Position numbers and translations under genes: made by a program. Shown piece by piece: positions 50,874 to 64,000 of a stretch of 64,000 bases of DNA. Source of the stretch: Eledone cirrhosa (lineage: Eukaryota); assembly GCA_964016885.1 (NCBI GenBank), contig OZ024762.1, positions 11,966,001 to 12,030,000 on the forward strand, read 5' to 3'. Under the pieces are notes generated by a model. It saw only the letters and a list, made by a program, of their open reading frames with translations. It did not search any database and was not told the DNA's origin. Numbering within the stretch: the stretch's first letter is position 1; each line of letters opens with the position of its first letter.

Positions 50874-50990
50874 AGTACAGATTAAAGTTTAAGCAAAGAA
50901 TCGCTAATTTCAACCTTTTGACGGGATCTTCAGAAGATCCCGTCAAAGGTTGAAATTAGCGATTCTTTGCTTAAACTTTAATCTGTACTA
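50874..50990. repeat. Palindrome (~57-bp arms) of a dispersed element
   Basis: TAGTACAGATTAAAGTTTAAGCAAAGAATCGCTAATTTCAACC...reverse complement; same sequence at ~16846-16980 (also inverted) and ~31900-31960. Confidence 0.85.
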
Positions 50991-51010
50991 ATAATAAATA
51001 TTTGCACTAC

Positions 51011-51059
<49 letters not shown>

Positions 51060-51127
51060 ATATCCAGGATCTCGACGGCTGAGCTCCGGCCGTTTCGACA
51101 GCTAGATATATATATATATCCGTAAAA

Positions 51128-51158
<31 letters not shown>

Positions 51159-51199
51159 TAATAGTTGATTAGTGCCTTCGATTCTCCATCATACATTTT

Positions 51200-51238
<39 letters not shown>

Positions 51239-51615
51239 AGTTAATCAGGAATTCCCGATGTTTACGGATGGTTATTTTGCGAGGGTTGACTCTGTATGAT
51301 TTTTACCTGGCTACATATAAAAGAATCGTCGACGTAAATAAGCGAGGATTGTGGTGGATGTGGCAGTAACAACAATGATAACTGGTTTGTTCGTGGTCAA
51401 AACAACAACAACCATTGTTGGTTAGGTCACAGCAGAAGAAGAGAAACAAACTTTGACTAAAATGACACTTGTAACAAATAAAGTCTGCTTTGCTAGGTTA
51501 TATCTAAAGCCGATTGTTAAATGAGACAAGACAACACATCCAAACGAGAGTATATCGTGTATGAGAGAGAGAGAGAGCGAGGGGGGTGGATATTTGAATC
51601 TGTTGTGCTACTTAC

Positions 51616-51746
51616 TTGCAGTTGTTTTCCACATCTTCTATCACCTCGTTTTCCATGTAGATAAATATGCCAGAGAGACAAAGTGCGACATAGAGGAGAG
51701 CTAATGACACGCCAGGTAAAATTTCGTCACATTTGAACCACAGCAT
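51616..51746 (-). CDS. HTATIP2: HTATIP2-like, exon 1 (hydrophobic N-terminal extension)
   Basis: In-frame TGA TAG upstream; MLWFKCDEILPGVSLALLYVALCLSGIFIYMENEVIEDVENNC-AA|GTAAGT; phase 2 matches exon 2, which has no Met near its start. Confidence 0.75.
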
Positions 51747-51879
51747 ATCTCTCCACTATCAGCAGCAACTTCCATCAAGGGAGACAACTCCGTCACAACA
51801 GCGACAGACACTTTCAATCTTTTCAGTAATAAATCTAGGCACAGGGCCAACGATTTCTGCTGATAACGATGATTATAGG

Positions 51880-52500
51880 GAGGGGGAAAAACCTTATTGA
51901 AATCGATGACCCCCACTCCCAGTATGTGATTGATAAAAGGATGGGGGAGAGAAAGCCTTATTAAATCGATTACCACCACCCCAGCACGTGACTGATATAA
52001 GGGAGCAGGTAAGCCTTATCAAACCGATGACCCCTCCCCTCTCCTGTACGTAACTGATATAAAGGGAGAGAAAGCCTTGTTAAATTGATGACCCCTCATC
52101 AGTACGTAACTGATATAAGGGATCAGGTAAGCCTTATCAAACCGATGATCCCCTCCCCCTCCTGTACGTAACTGATATAAGGGGGAGAGAAAGCCTTGTT
52201 AAATTGATGACCCCTCACCAGTACGTGACTGATATAAGGGAGCAGGTAAGCCTTATCAAACCGATGATCCCCTCCTCCTCCTGTACGTAACTGATATAAG
52301 GGGGAGAGAAAGCCTTATTAAATTGATGACCCCTCACCAGTGCGTGACTGATTTAAGGATAGGGGGGTAAGCCTTATTAAACCGATGACCCCCACCACCA
52401 CCACCACAGTAGTGACTGATATAAGGGAAGGGGTAAGCCTTATTAAATGAGTGAACCCCCACCCTAGTACGTGATTAATGACTGATGCTGTATTTTATCG
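51880..52500. repeat. ~60-bp degenerate tandem repeat, SINE-related
   Basis: Recurring AAGCCTTATYAAAYCGATGACCCC...GTACGTRACTGATATAAGGG. Confidence 0.8.
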
Positions 52501-53309
52501 ATCCCTTGCTTCACCTGAAACGATCAAACACAAACCTGACTTCCAGTGAATTTCAACTGAGGGTCGTATCGTAACAAAATGTCGCAATGGCATCTTCTCC
52601 GACGTTCTAATGATTCTGCCCATCCACCGCCTTTAGGGAAAGAAGAGAAGGAAAAGTCGATTAAAAGTCGATTAACTGGTACTAGATTTTCTCGACTTTA
52701 TTTACCGAGAAGGATGAAATACAAAGTTGGCCTCAATGCGATTGTAACCAGAACGTAGGGGGCCGTAGCGAACGATTCTACCAATCCCCCACCCTAGACA
52801 TTACAGTAATAATAATAATTGTTTCTTCTGATTTAGGCACAAGGCCAGCAATTTGGGGGTGGAGGGGAAAGTCGATTAAATCAACCTCAGTGTGTGACTG
52901 GTACTTTATTTTACGTAAAGGCTAGTAATAATAATAATTGTTTCTACTTTTGGCACAACGCCAGCAATTACCCCAGTGCATTACTGGTACTTTACTTTAT
53001 CGACCCCGTAGGGATGAAAGGCAAAGTTAACCTCGGCGCGATTTGAACCCAGAATGGAAAGGGCCGTAACTCCATGCGTCAAAGCATGGTGTCCGACCCT
53101 CTACCGATACTGCCAATCCGCAATAATAATATTGTGTTCGTGAGGTTTCTAACAATAGTTAATTGTATTTATTAAATGTGTTTATATTTTCGTTCTGAAA
53201 GAATTCTGAACAATTTGTATCGTTAATAAAAGAAAACTTTTAAGTATGAAAAGGTTTAGAAAATAGTTATAATTATATTATTTTATTCACAGATGTATAA
53301 ATAGCGCAT

Positions 53310-54250
53310 AGTGGAGACTTCTGGTGTCCTTGGGCCTAGGACAACCTCCTTACTCACCACCATCAGCACAGAGTTGGCTACCCATAGCAGTGGCGACTTC
53401 TGGTGTCCTTGGCCCTAGGACCACCTCCCTACTCACCACCATCACCACAGAGTTGGCTACCCCTAGCAGTGGCGACTTCTGATGTCCTTGGCCCTAGGAC
53501 CACCTCCCTACTCACCACCATCAGCACAGAGTTGGCTACCCATAGCAGTGGCGACTTCTGGTGTCCTTGGCCCTAGGACCACCTCCCTACTCACCACCAT
53601 CACCACAGAGTTGGCTACCCCTAGCAGTGGCGACTTCTGATGTCCTTGGCCCTAGGACCACCTCCCTACTCACCACCATCAGCACAGAGTTGGCTACCCA
53701 TAGCAGTGGAGACCTCTGATGTCCTTGGCCATAGGACAACCTCGTTACTCACCACCATCACCACAGAGTTGGCTACCCCTAGCAGTGGCGACTTCTGATG
53801 TCCTTGGCCCTAGGACCACCTCCCTACTCACCACCATCAGCACAGAGTTGGCTACCCATAGCAGTGGAGACCTCTGATGTCCTTGGCCATAGGACAACCT
53901 CGTTACTCACCACCATCACCACAGAGTTGGCTACCCCTAGCAGTGGAGACTTCTGGTGTCCTTGGCCCTCGGCCACCTCCCTTCTTACCACCAATGGCAC
54001 AGAGTTGGCTACCCATAGCAGTGGAGACCTCACATGTCCGTGGCCCTAGAACCACCTCCCTACTCACCACCATCAGCACAGAGTTGGCTACCCATAGCAG
54101 TGGAGACCTCTGGTGTCCTTGGGCCTAGGACCACCTCCCTTCTTACCACCAATGGCACAGAGTTGGCTACCCATAGCAGTGGAGACCTCACATGTCCGTG
54201 GCCCTAGAACCACCTCCCTACTCACCACCATCAACACAGAGTTGGCTACC
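53310..54250. repeat. ~59-bp GC-rich tandem repeat (~16 copies)
   Basis: Recurring AGTGGMGACYTCTGRTGTCCTTGGCCCTAGGACCACCTCCCTACTCACCACCATCASCACAGAGTTGGCTACCC. Confidence 0.9.
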
Positions 54251-54489
54251 TGCAGGTGTGAGCCTTGTTAATTGGAATGGCTCTTCCAGTGTGTCTCCCT
54301 CACCCTCTTCCAGGCAAACGCCTTCTCTATTCTGTTCTGTCCTACACCGTCTTGTTTTTGTGTCAAAAAGCAAGATGGTATAGGACAGAACAAAGGAGGG
54401 ACACAAAATAAAAATCTAGTCACTGAGGAGGTCACAGAATATGTCACGAAAGAGCTTTGACAATATATATAACGCTCATAGCTGAATCA

Positions 54490-55340
54490 ATGGCTGATGA
54501 TCTAACGCTCATAGCTGAATCAATGGCTGAACTAGAGAAGAAATTCCAAACATGGAAGCATGGCCTAGAATCAAAAGGCCTTAAAGTTAACTTGTCTAAG
54601 ACTAAAGTTCTAGTTTGTAGGAAGGAAAATAGGGCACCGGTCCCATCTGGGAAATGGCCATACTCAGTGTGTAGGAAAGGAGCAGGCAGAAACTCCATTT
54701 TATGTCCCAAATGCAAAGTATGGGTGCATAAAAGATGTAGTGGGATCACAGGTAAGCTAACTAAGAATATAGATTTTATATGTGGCCGGTGCTCTGGTGC
54801 AATAAGTAGCAGCAAGTGCCCACAGAATACTAGCTCATTCCATTACGCAGATGGTTCTATAGAAATAGTGGACACCTTCCGTTACCTGGGTGACAAAATC
54901 AGCAGTGGGGAAAGGTGCTCTGAAAGTACAGTAGCTAGAGTCAGAACGGGATGGAAAAAGTTCAGAGAGCTTATACCACTATTGGCTGCAAAAGGGTTCT
55001 CTCTAAAAATGAAAGGCAGGTTGTATGATGCCTGCATACGAACAGCAATGTTACATGGCAGTGAGACCTGGGCATTGTGTGCAGAGGATATACACAGACT
55101 GGAGAGGAACGAAGCTTGCATGCTCCGCTGGATGTGTAATAGTAATATACGTGAACGGCAAAGCATAAACGAACTAAGGGAGAAATTAGGAATAAGAGGG
55201 ATCAGATGTTGTTTACTCGAGAGAAGACTACGTTGGTAGATTAAAAGAGAAGGAGGACAAGGAGAAGTGTGTTGGTGTACAGAAGTGACTGGAAGAAGGA
55301 AATAAAGAAAGGCGATGTACAAGACATCTTCACCATCATC
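54490..55340 (+). mobile_element. 5'-truncated RTE-clade LINE (RT C-terminal half plus Cys/His finger)
   Basis: ORF ADDLTLIAES..WKHGLESKGLKVNLSKTKV..CPKCKVWVHKRCSG..FRYLG..LHGSETWAL..RRLRW; decays after 55239. Confidence 0.85.
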
Positions 55341-55519
55341 AGCCCTCATACCAACAAAAAGGTTTCGCACGATTTAAGTGAGAGGACCATTTTAGAATGC
55401 TGGATAGTGCAACAGAAAAATAAATCTTTCTGCTGGTATGATGTGTTTGTGATAAAACGGACAGCACAGATAGAAAGACGAAAGAAGACATGGAAAAGAA
55501 AAATAATGGGATGGTGGAC

Positions 55520-56504
55520 CAACACCACTACCACCACCACCAACACCACTACCACCAACACCACTACCACCACCACCAACACCACCACCACCAACACCAC
55601 TACCACCAACACCACTACCACCAACACCATTACCACGACCACCACCACCACCATCACCAACACCACTACCACCAACACCACCACCACCACCACTAGCACC
55701 CCCCCCCCCAACAACAACAACACCACTACCACTAACACCACTAACACCAACACCACTACCACCAACACCACTACCACCAACACCACTACCACCCCAACAA
55801 CAACAACAACAACACCACTACCACCACCACCACTACCACCACCATCACCACCATCACCACCACCACCACTACCACCACCACCACCACCACCACCATCACC
55901 ATTATTTGTTTGAATTCTTTTTCTTTATAAAATGATTTTTAAAAATTAATTTATTTTTTCTTCTGAAAATTAAAAAGAAATAATTTTTTAAATTGTAAAG
56001 AAAAAAATATTAAAAGAAAAAAAACCTCTTAAAATAAAATAGGAAAAAAACTATTCTAAAAAAATGACTGATCTTTCTAGAAGCTATTATTGACAATGGA
56101 AGGGAATTTATTGGGGACATATTACATGGTTATATGTGTGTGTATGTGTGTATGTTTATCTGTGTCTCTGTGTATGTGTGTATGTTTATCTGTGTCTGTG
56201 TGTATGTGTGTGTGTTTATGTGTGTTTTTGTGTGTGTGTGTGTTTATGTGTGTTTTTGTGTGTGTGAGTGTTTATGTGAGTGTGTATATGTGTGCATGTG
56301 TGTGTGTGTGTGTGTATGTTTATGTGTGTGTGTGTGTATCTAAGTGTGTTTATGTGTGTTTATGTAAGTGTGTGTGAGTGTTTATGTGAGTATGTATGTG
56401 TGTGTGTATGTGTGTGTGTGCATGTGTGTGTGTATGCGTGTGTGTGTTTATGTGTATGTATGTGTGTGTATACTTGCATGTGTATGTATATGTATGTGAG
56501 GTAG

Positions 56505-56555
<51 letters not shown>

Positions 56556-57319
56556 ATAGTGTGTGCGTGAGTGCGTGTATGTGTGTGTGTTTGTGTGTGA
56601 GAATTTGCATGTATATATGTATGTGAAATAGTCTCTCTCTCTCTGTGTATCTGTGGCTGTATGTATTTGTGTGTGTATTTGCATGTGTATGTATGTGTAT
56701 GTATGTGTATGTATGTGTATGTATGTGTATGTATGTGTATGTATGTGTATGCGAGGTAGTCTCTGAGTGTATGTGTGTATATATATATATATGTATTGCT
56801 TGATTTAGTGTGTACATATGTGAGGTAGTTTCTGTGGGTATGTGCTTGTGTTAGTGTGTGTGTATGTGTATGTGAGTATGTATGTGTATATGTATATGTA
56901 TATTTATGTTTTTGTGTGTATCTATGTATGTATCTGTGTGTGTGTGTGTGAGTATATGTGTGTGTATGTATGTATTTGTGGATGTATATATGTGTGTAAA
57001 TATGTCTGTATGTGCATGTACGTGTGTGTGTGGGTGAGTATATGTGTGTGTGCATCTGATTGTACATGTGTGTGTATGTGTATGTACATGTGTGTGTGTA
57101 TGTACATGTGTGTGTGTATGTACATGTGTGTGTGTGTGTACATGTGTGTGTGTATTGATCGAAGTGTTCCAGTGAAATAACATCTTTATCAGTGTTGTCA
57201 ATGGCACCACCACCACTACTACTACTACTACTACTGCTGCTGCTGCTCCTGCTGCTACTACTACAACTACTACTACTACTACTACTACTACTACTGCTGC
57301 CATTACCACCACCACCACC

Positions 57320-57376
<57 letters not shown>

Positions 57377-57410
57377 GCTGCTGCTACTACTACTACTGCT
57401 ACTGCTGCTG

Positions 57411-57446
<36 letters not shown>

Positions 57447-57455
57447 ACACTACTT

Positions 57456-57512
<57 letters not shown>

Positions 57513-57525
57513 ACACTACTACTAA

Positions 57526-57593
<68 letters not shown>

Positions 57594-60251
57594 ACACCAC
57601 CACTACCACCACCAACACCACTACCACCAACATCACTACCACCAACATCACTACCACCAACACCACTACCACCAACACCACCACCACTACCACCACTACT
57701 ACCACCACCAACACCACTAACACCAACACCACTACCACCAACACCACTACCACCACCACCACCAACATCACTACCACCACCAACACCACTACCACCAACA
57801 CCACTACCACCACACCACTACCACCAACACCACCACCACCACCACCACCACCACCACCACCACTACCATCACCAACATCACTACCATCACCAACACCACT
57901 ACCACCAACACCACTACCACCACCACCAGCACCACTACCACCAACACCACTACCACCACCAACACTACTACCAACAACACCACCACCACCACCAACACCA
58001 CTACCACCAAAACCACCACCACCACCACTACCAACACCACTACCACCAACACCATTACCACCAAGGATGAAAGGCAAAGTTAACCTCGGCAAGGATTTGA
58101 ATTCAGAAAGTAAAGGGCCATAACTCCATGCTGCAAAGCATGGTGTCTGACCCTCTACCGGTTACTGCCAATCCAAATCCGAGAAAGAGGGAGAGAGAGA
58201 AGAGTGTAGCAGCATGAATTGGTCCCAGCATATTACTGGTACATATTTAATAGATCCCCACCATAGAAGGATGAAGGGGAGAGCCAAGTTTACAGCCCTC
58301 CTCCTCTCTCTCTCTCACAAGGGTTTGAGCTTAGAATATCAAGGGAGGTAACTGTGTAAGCAGCCATTTCTATTTCTGCAGTAGGTGGCGTATTGCCAGA
58401 GTCGTGGGAATGTCTGATAGAATGCTTTGAGATTTCAGCTCTCTACTCTCTGAGTTCAAATCCTGTCGAGGTCAACTTTGCCTTTCAATCATTTAAGGTT
58501 GATAAAAATATACCAGTCTACTACTGGGGTCGATTTTTCCTCTAATTCTCTTTGTCATTTCCTCTCTCAATCTCTCTATCGTTCTCTGGAAGAAATCTGT
58601 TGTAACTCAGGCCTGGAGAGAAGATAGGCACTGCCATGTTTGAAAATGCCATAGAAACGCTGTATGTCAAAAGGTACCAGTCAGGTACTGGGGTTGATTC
58701 TTCTGTCTTTTTCTCAACTACCCCTCTCTCTCTCTCACGCTCTTTCTCTTTCTCTCTCTCACTCTTTGCCCCCCCCCCCCTCTCTTTGTCATTCTCCATC
58801 TCACACTCCCTCTCTCTCCCTATTTGTCACTCTCTCACTCTCTCTCTCACTCTCTCTCTCCCTTTTTGTCACTCTCTCTCTCCCTCTCCCCTGTCAGTCT
58901 CCATCTCTCTCTCTCTCTCTGTCACTCTCCATTTCCCTCTCTAGAAGACATTGACTAGAAAAGAGACAGGCTCAGCCAGGTTTAAAATAACCCCTCAATA
59001 TGCCACATGTCAAAATTATGTCCCTACAATCCCATTAAGGATTAAGGCTTTATATAGAGTCAATAATGGTTTCTGATTTAGGCACAAGGCCAGAAATTTT
59101 GGGGGTTGGGGAAAGTTGATTAAATTAACCCTAGTATTTAGCTGGTACCTTATTTTATTCACTCCGTAACCTTTCAAGGCAGCATCTCTAATAGAATACA
59201 CTCCAATTAATTAATGAAGAATTTTGAGGGATTTATTAAAATTATTAATTAATTCATTACTAAGATAGTAACTTAATGTAGGGTTCTTATATAAAATTAT
59301 GTTGAATTGGAAACCTTTAAAATGGGGGGTTTTATTTCATAGAACCAGAACTGGTTTTGGCTGGGTTGGTAACTAAAGGGTTAATAATTGTTTCTACTGT
59401 TGGTGGTGGTGGTGGTGTTGTTGGTGGTGGCGGTGGTGGTGGTGGTGGTAGTCTCAGTGTTGGTGGTGGTGGTGATGGTGGTGGTGGTAGTGATGGTGGT
59501 GGTGGTGGTGATGGTGGTGGTGGTGGTGATGGTGGTGGTGGTGGTAGTCTCAGTGTTGGTGGTGGTGGTGATGGTGGTGGTGGTGGTGGTGGTGGTGGTG
59601 GTGGTGGTGGTGTTGGTGGTTTGGTGGTGATGGTGATGGTGGTGGTGGTGGTGGTGGTAGTCTCAGTGTTGGTGGTGGTGGTAGTCTCAGTGTTGGTGGT
59701 GGTGGTGGTGGTGATGGTGATGATGGTGGTGGTGGTGGTGGTAGTCTCAGTGTTGGTGGTGATGGTGGTGTTGGTGGTGGTGGTGATGTTGGTGGTGGTG
59801 TTGGTGGTGGTGCTGATGTTGGTGGTGATGGTGGTGGTGGTGGTGTTACTGATGTTGTTGTTGTTGATCAAAGGCCGTTTCATGTGACTGAGCAATGTTG
59901 CTATTATACTTGAAATTTCAAATACTTTTACACAAACACACACACTGACATGACAGTTACAGACACACACACTGACAGTTACACACACACACATACTGAC
60001 AGTTACACGCACACACATACTGAGTTACACACACACTGACAGTTACACATACACACACTGACATAACAGTTACACACACTCACATACTGATAGTTACACA
60101 CACAGATACACACACTGACATGACAGTTACAGACACACACACACTGAGTTACACACACACTGACAGTTACACACACATACACATACTGACAGTTTTACAT
60201 TCACACACATAACATATCATACAGACAGTCATAAACACGCACACAGCTATA

Positions 60252-60295
<44 letters not shown>

Positions 60296-60418
60296 CATAC
60301 ATTCACACACACACACTCACACACACATCCACAGTCTTTTTTCCTCCTTCCCAAACAGACACAATGTCTCTCTCTCTCTATTTCTATCTCTCTTTCTCTA
60401 TCTTTCTCTCTCTTTCTA

Positions 60419-60449
<31 letters not shown>

Positions 60450-61420
60450 CTCGCTCTCTCATTAACACACACATACATGCACTTAAACACACACACATAC
60501 ACATACACACATTTTTTCTCCTCTAAAACACACACACAATGTCTCTTTCACTAATACAAACACATACTTCCAACACCACACACACACACACACCAAGTAC
60601 ATACACACACACACATACTTCAAGAATAGACACACATACACACACGTACTTCAAGAACAGACACACACACACACACACATACTTCAAGAATAGACACACA
60701 TACACACACGTACTTCAAGAACAGACACACACACACACATACTTTAAGAATAGACACACATACACACACATATTTCAAGAACAGACACACACACATACTT
60801 CAAGAATAGACACACATACACACATATTTCAAGAACAGACACACACACACACACACACACATATTTCAAGAACAGATACACACTCACATACTTCAAGTAC
60901 ATACAGACACATATATACACCCATAAACCCATACACACACACATAAACCTACATAGTTTTTATTTCTTTATTTATGCACCACCACCACCATCACCACCGC
61001 CACACCACCACTACCACCATCATCACCACCACCACCACCCCTGCCATCACCACCACCACCACCACTAATACCATCACCATCACCTCCACCACCACCAACA
61101 CCACCATCACCACCACCACTACACATCACCAACACCACCACATCACTACCACCACCACCACCACCACCACCACTAATACCATCACCACCACCTCCACCAC
61201 CACCAACACCACTAATACCATCACCAGCACCTCCACCACCACCATCATCACCAATACCACCACCACCACCACTACACATCACCACCACCACCACTAATAC
61301 CATCACCAGCACCTCCACCACCACCATCATCACCAATACCACCACCACCACCACCACCACTACCCCCTCCCCACCACCACCACCACTACACCACTACACA
61401 TCACCACCACCACCACCACC
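55520..61420. repeat. Low-complexity zone: (ACC)n, (ACT)n, (GT)n, (CT)n tracts with interspersed SINE fragments
   Basis: Directly visible; SINE pieces at ~58063-58175 (-) and ~58383-58535 (+). Confidence 0.9.
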
Positions 61421-61759
61421 TGCTGGTCCTCCTTTCAAATATTTTGGCTCCTTTCATAACACAAAATATGATATCCTTTATAGAGAAATATTTTTTTTTT
61501 AAATATGTCCTTTTGGGTTATCTACCTCCACTTCACTTCTCTCCCCCTCTCTCTCTCTCCTTCCTTATATATACATATATACATATATACCCAAATACCA
61601 TTCACTTCACATGAGTAAGAATATTTAGAGTAAATTATAAATATATATATATATATGTTTTTATACACACTTCTATTATGCTTAAATGTTGTCTTAGTGC
61701 TACTGCCAATTAAATATATACATATATATGTATGTATATATTAGATATACACACACATA

Positions 61760-62345
61760 TATCATCATCATCATCACCATTTTATGTCCGTTCTTCCACG
61801 CTAGCATGGGTTAGACGGGTTGTCCTGTTGTGAGCAGTGTCCAGTCGGCTGACCATCTCTTGCTCATACGGGACTGATTCTGGCTTGATTTCTACAGCTG
61901 GATGCCCTTCCTAACACCAACCTCATTTACAGTGAGTGCTTGGTGCTTTTTTTCCGTGGCGCCTACACATCCACTTTACAGTGTGGGCTGGGTGCTTTTT
62001 TGCTGTGGCACCTCCACGACCACTTTGTAGTGGGAGGGTGTGGGGGCATATTGTCTATATGCTTCAGCTTCGGCTTGTACCCGTGAAGGGGGGGGGGGGG
62101 GGGGGTCTTCTGTATTACTGCGTGATGCCAGAGGTCACGGTCGTGTGTCATCGCCTTTGAGAGGTGTGTATCATCATTCATCATTTCATTTTACATCTGC
62201 TTTTCCCTGCTTGCAAGGGTGGGATGGGAACTGATTCTGGCTTGATTTCTACAGCTGGATGCCCTTCCTAACACCAACCTCATTTACAGTGAGTGCTGGG
62301 TGCTTTTTTGCCGTGGCACCTCCACGACCACTTTGCAGTGGAATA
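61760..62345 (-). mobile_element. Two copies of a short element with an RTE-type (GAT)n tail
   Basis: CATCAT...GTCCG..TTCC..GCTAGCATGGG / CTACAGCTGGATGCCCTTCCTAACACCAACC; also at ~13550-13690 and ~35720-35900. Confidence 0.65.
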
Positions 62346-62540
62346 ATAGAGACCCCAGTCTCTATCATCTCATTTCTACAGCTGAGTAAACTGGAGCAAT
62401 GTGAAATAAAGTGTCTTGCTCAAGGAAATAACACATGACCCGGTCTGAGAATTGAACTCACAACCTTTCGATTGCAAGGCCAATGCTCTAACCACTAAAC
62501 CGTGTGCCTCCATATCTTGTATATATATATATCCATACCT

Positions 62541-62662
<122 letters not shown>

Positions 62663-63269
62663 CATACATACACACACACATATAAGCCAAAATCAGTTCT
62701 GTGTGAGCACGACATGGTCACTTGACCTGGCCTATCTCACAACCGGACTACTCGTCTAACCCATGCTACCATGGAAAACTGGACGTTAAATAGTGATGAT
62801 GATATATATATATATATATAGCTGGCAAAAAATCAAGTTATTCCTGTCTATATTGAATCTATGAGATTTTGATATTATTTATTTTGAGAACAATACCTTA
62901 ACATCAGTATGAGTGACCAGTTATGGCCAGTTTGAACATAAATAGGTGAGAGAATTCAGGCCAGTTTAAATGCTAAATGGTTAAGGTAATACTAACATAG
63001 ATCTCTTTGATACACTGTTGTTGAGTACACATTTGATTTGGTGAATAACTAGGAGAGAACTGCTTCACTTAAGTTAATTGCACTTATCAGTCATTGATTA
63101 CTACATCTAATTAACAATAAAATAATTTGTGTGAAATAATAAGAATAAATATTGATTGATTTCAATAATTGAATTTTTACACTGAAAAACTTTTAACACA
63201 TTAAACTACATAGACATTTCTGAAGCTGTCTTTGTAATAATAATAATGAAATTATTGTGTATAGTGCTC

Positions 63270-63640
63270 AGGTGCACTACAACTCATCAAAGGTGCATGT
63301 ATAGTACATAGAATAATGTACAAATGTCAGGGAAGTGAATAGTGTATGAGTCATGATATACATGTGTGCATGTATATGGAGGAGGGATATCAGGTGTAGT
63401 GTTGGCGAATCTCAGGAAGCATGGAGGTTTTAAAATATGCAGTGTCTCGACAGCTAACAACTGATGCAGGGAGTTTGTTCCATGCTTCAGCAACTCTGAG
63501 TGGCAAAAAAATGTTTCCGAAAGTCATGGGAGCTGATTTTGTTGGCAAGTCCATGTGTGTTAGACATATTGAAATCAAAAAGGTACTCAGGGTTGTTGTT
63601 TGCGGTAAAGAATTAGAAATTCAGCCACTGAGAACCACAC
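63270..63640 (-). mobile_element. CR1-like LINE 3' end
   Basis: Minus frame LRVAEAWNKLPASVVS...FK matches the CR1 RV...WN.LP..VV motif; related plus-strand piece at ~37408-37540. Confidence 0.7.
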
Positions 63641-64000
63641 AGATAATTTTTAAAGCTGTCTTCATTGTGGTATATCTTTGGAAATTCAGTCTCTCAGAAC
63701 CACATACATTTTTTAAAGCTGTCTTCATTGTGGAATATCTTTGGAAATTCAGCCTCTCAGATATTTTTTAAGTTGTCTTCTTTGGAATGTCAACCACATG
63801 GGGCTAAGACTTAACTTCAAGCTATACCTACTGTAAATGTTTAACTCAACAGTACAGGAAAATAAACTGCCTCTCTTCATACAATAGAAAGCTATATATT
63901 TTTAAGTGATGTCTCTATTTAAGTACTGACTGATCTGTCACGACATGTCCAACCCTTTCCAGCATGGAAAGTAGATGTTAAATAATGAGGATGACGTTTT

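Overview
AT-rich, microsatellite-dense animal genomic DNA. Its SINE/LINE repertoire strongly resembles an Octopus (coleoid cephalopod) genome; this is an inference from the repeats. Two complete spliced genes were reconstructed by hand with all intron phases consistent. One is a 7-exon MFSD9-like MFS transporter (+, 25062-35103, 423 aa). The other is a convergent 6-exon HTATIP2/TIP30-like atypical SDR oxidoreductase (-, 51746-41883, 298 aa) with an extra N-terminal hydrophobic segment. A probable first coding exon of a third, unidentified gene (-, 18310-18090) lies downstream of a housekeeping-type promoter motif cluster at about 19.3 kb. The rest is SINEs, RTE/CR1/R4/Tx1-like LINE fragments, MITEs, tandem arrays and simple repeats; nearly all long ORFs in the track are microsatellite artefacts. 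The most notable unannotated signal is a set of short fold-back elements embedded in (TA)n tracts that carry type I hammerhead ribozyme motifs typical of Penelope-like element pLTRs. Other signals are tandem arrays that duplicate HTATIP2 splice sites and a 2.5-kb 9-mer array that appears to have grown out of a SINE head. All structures were read by eye; repeat boundaries are approximate.
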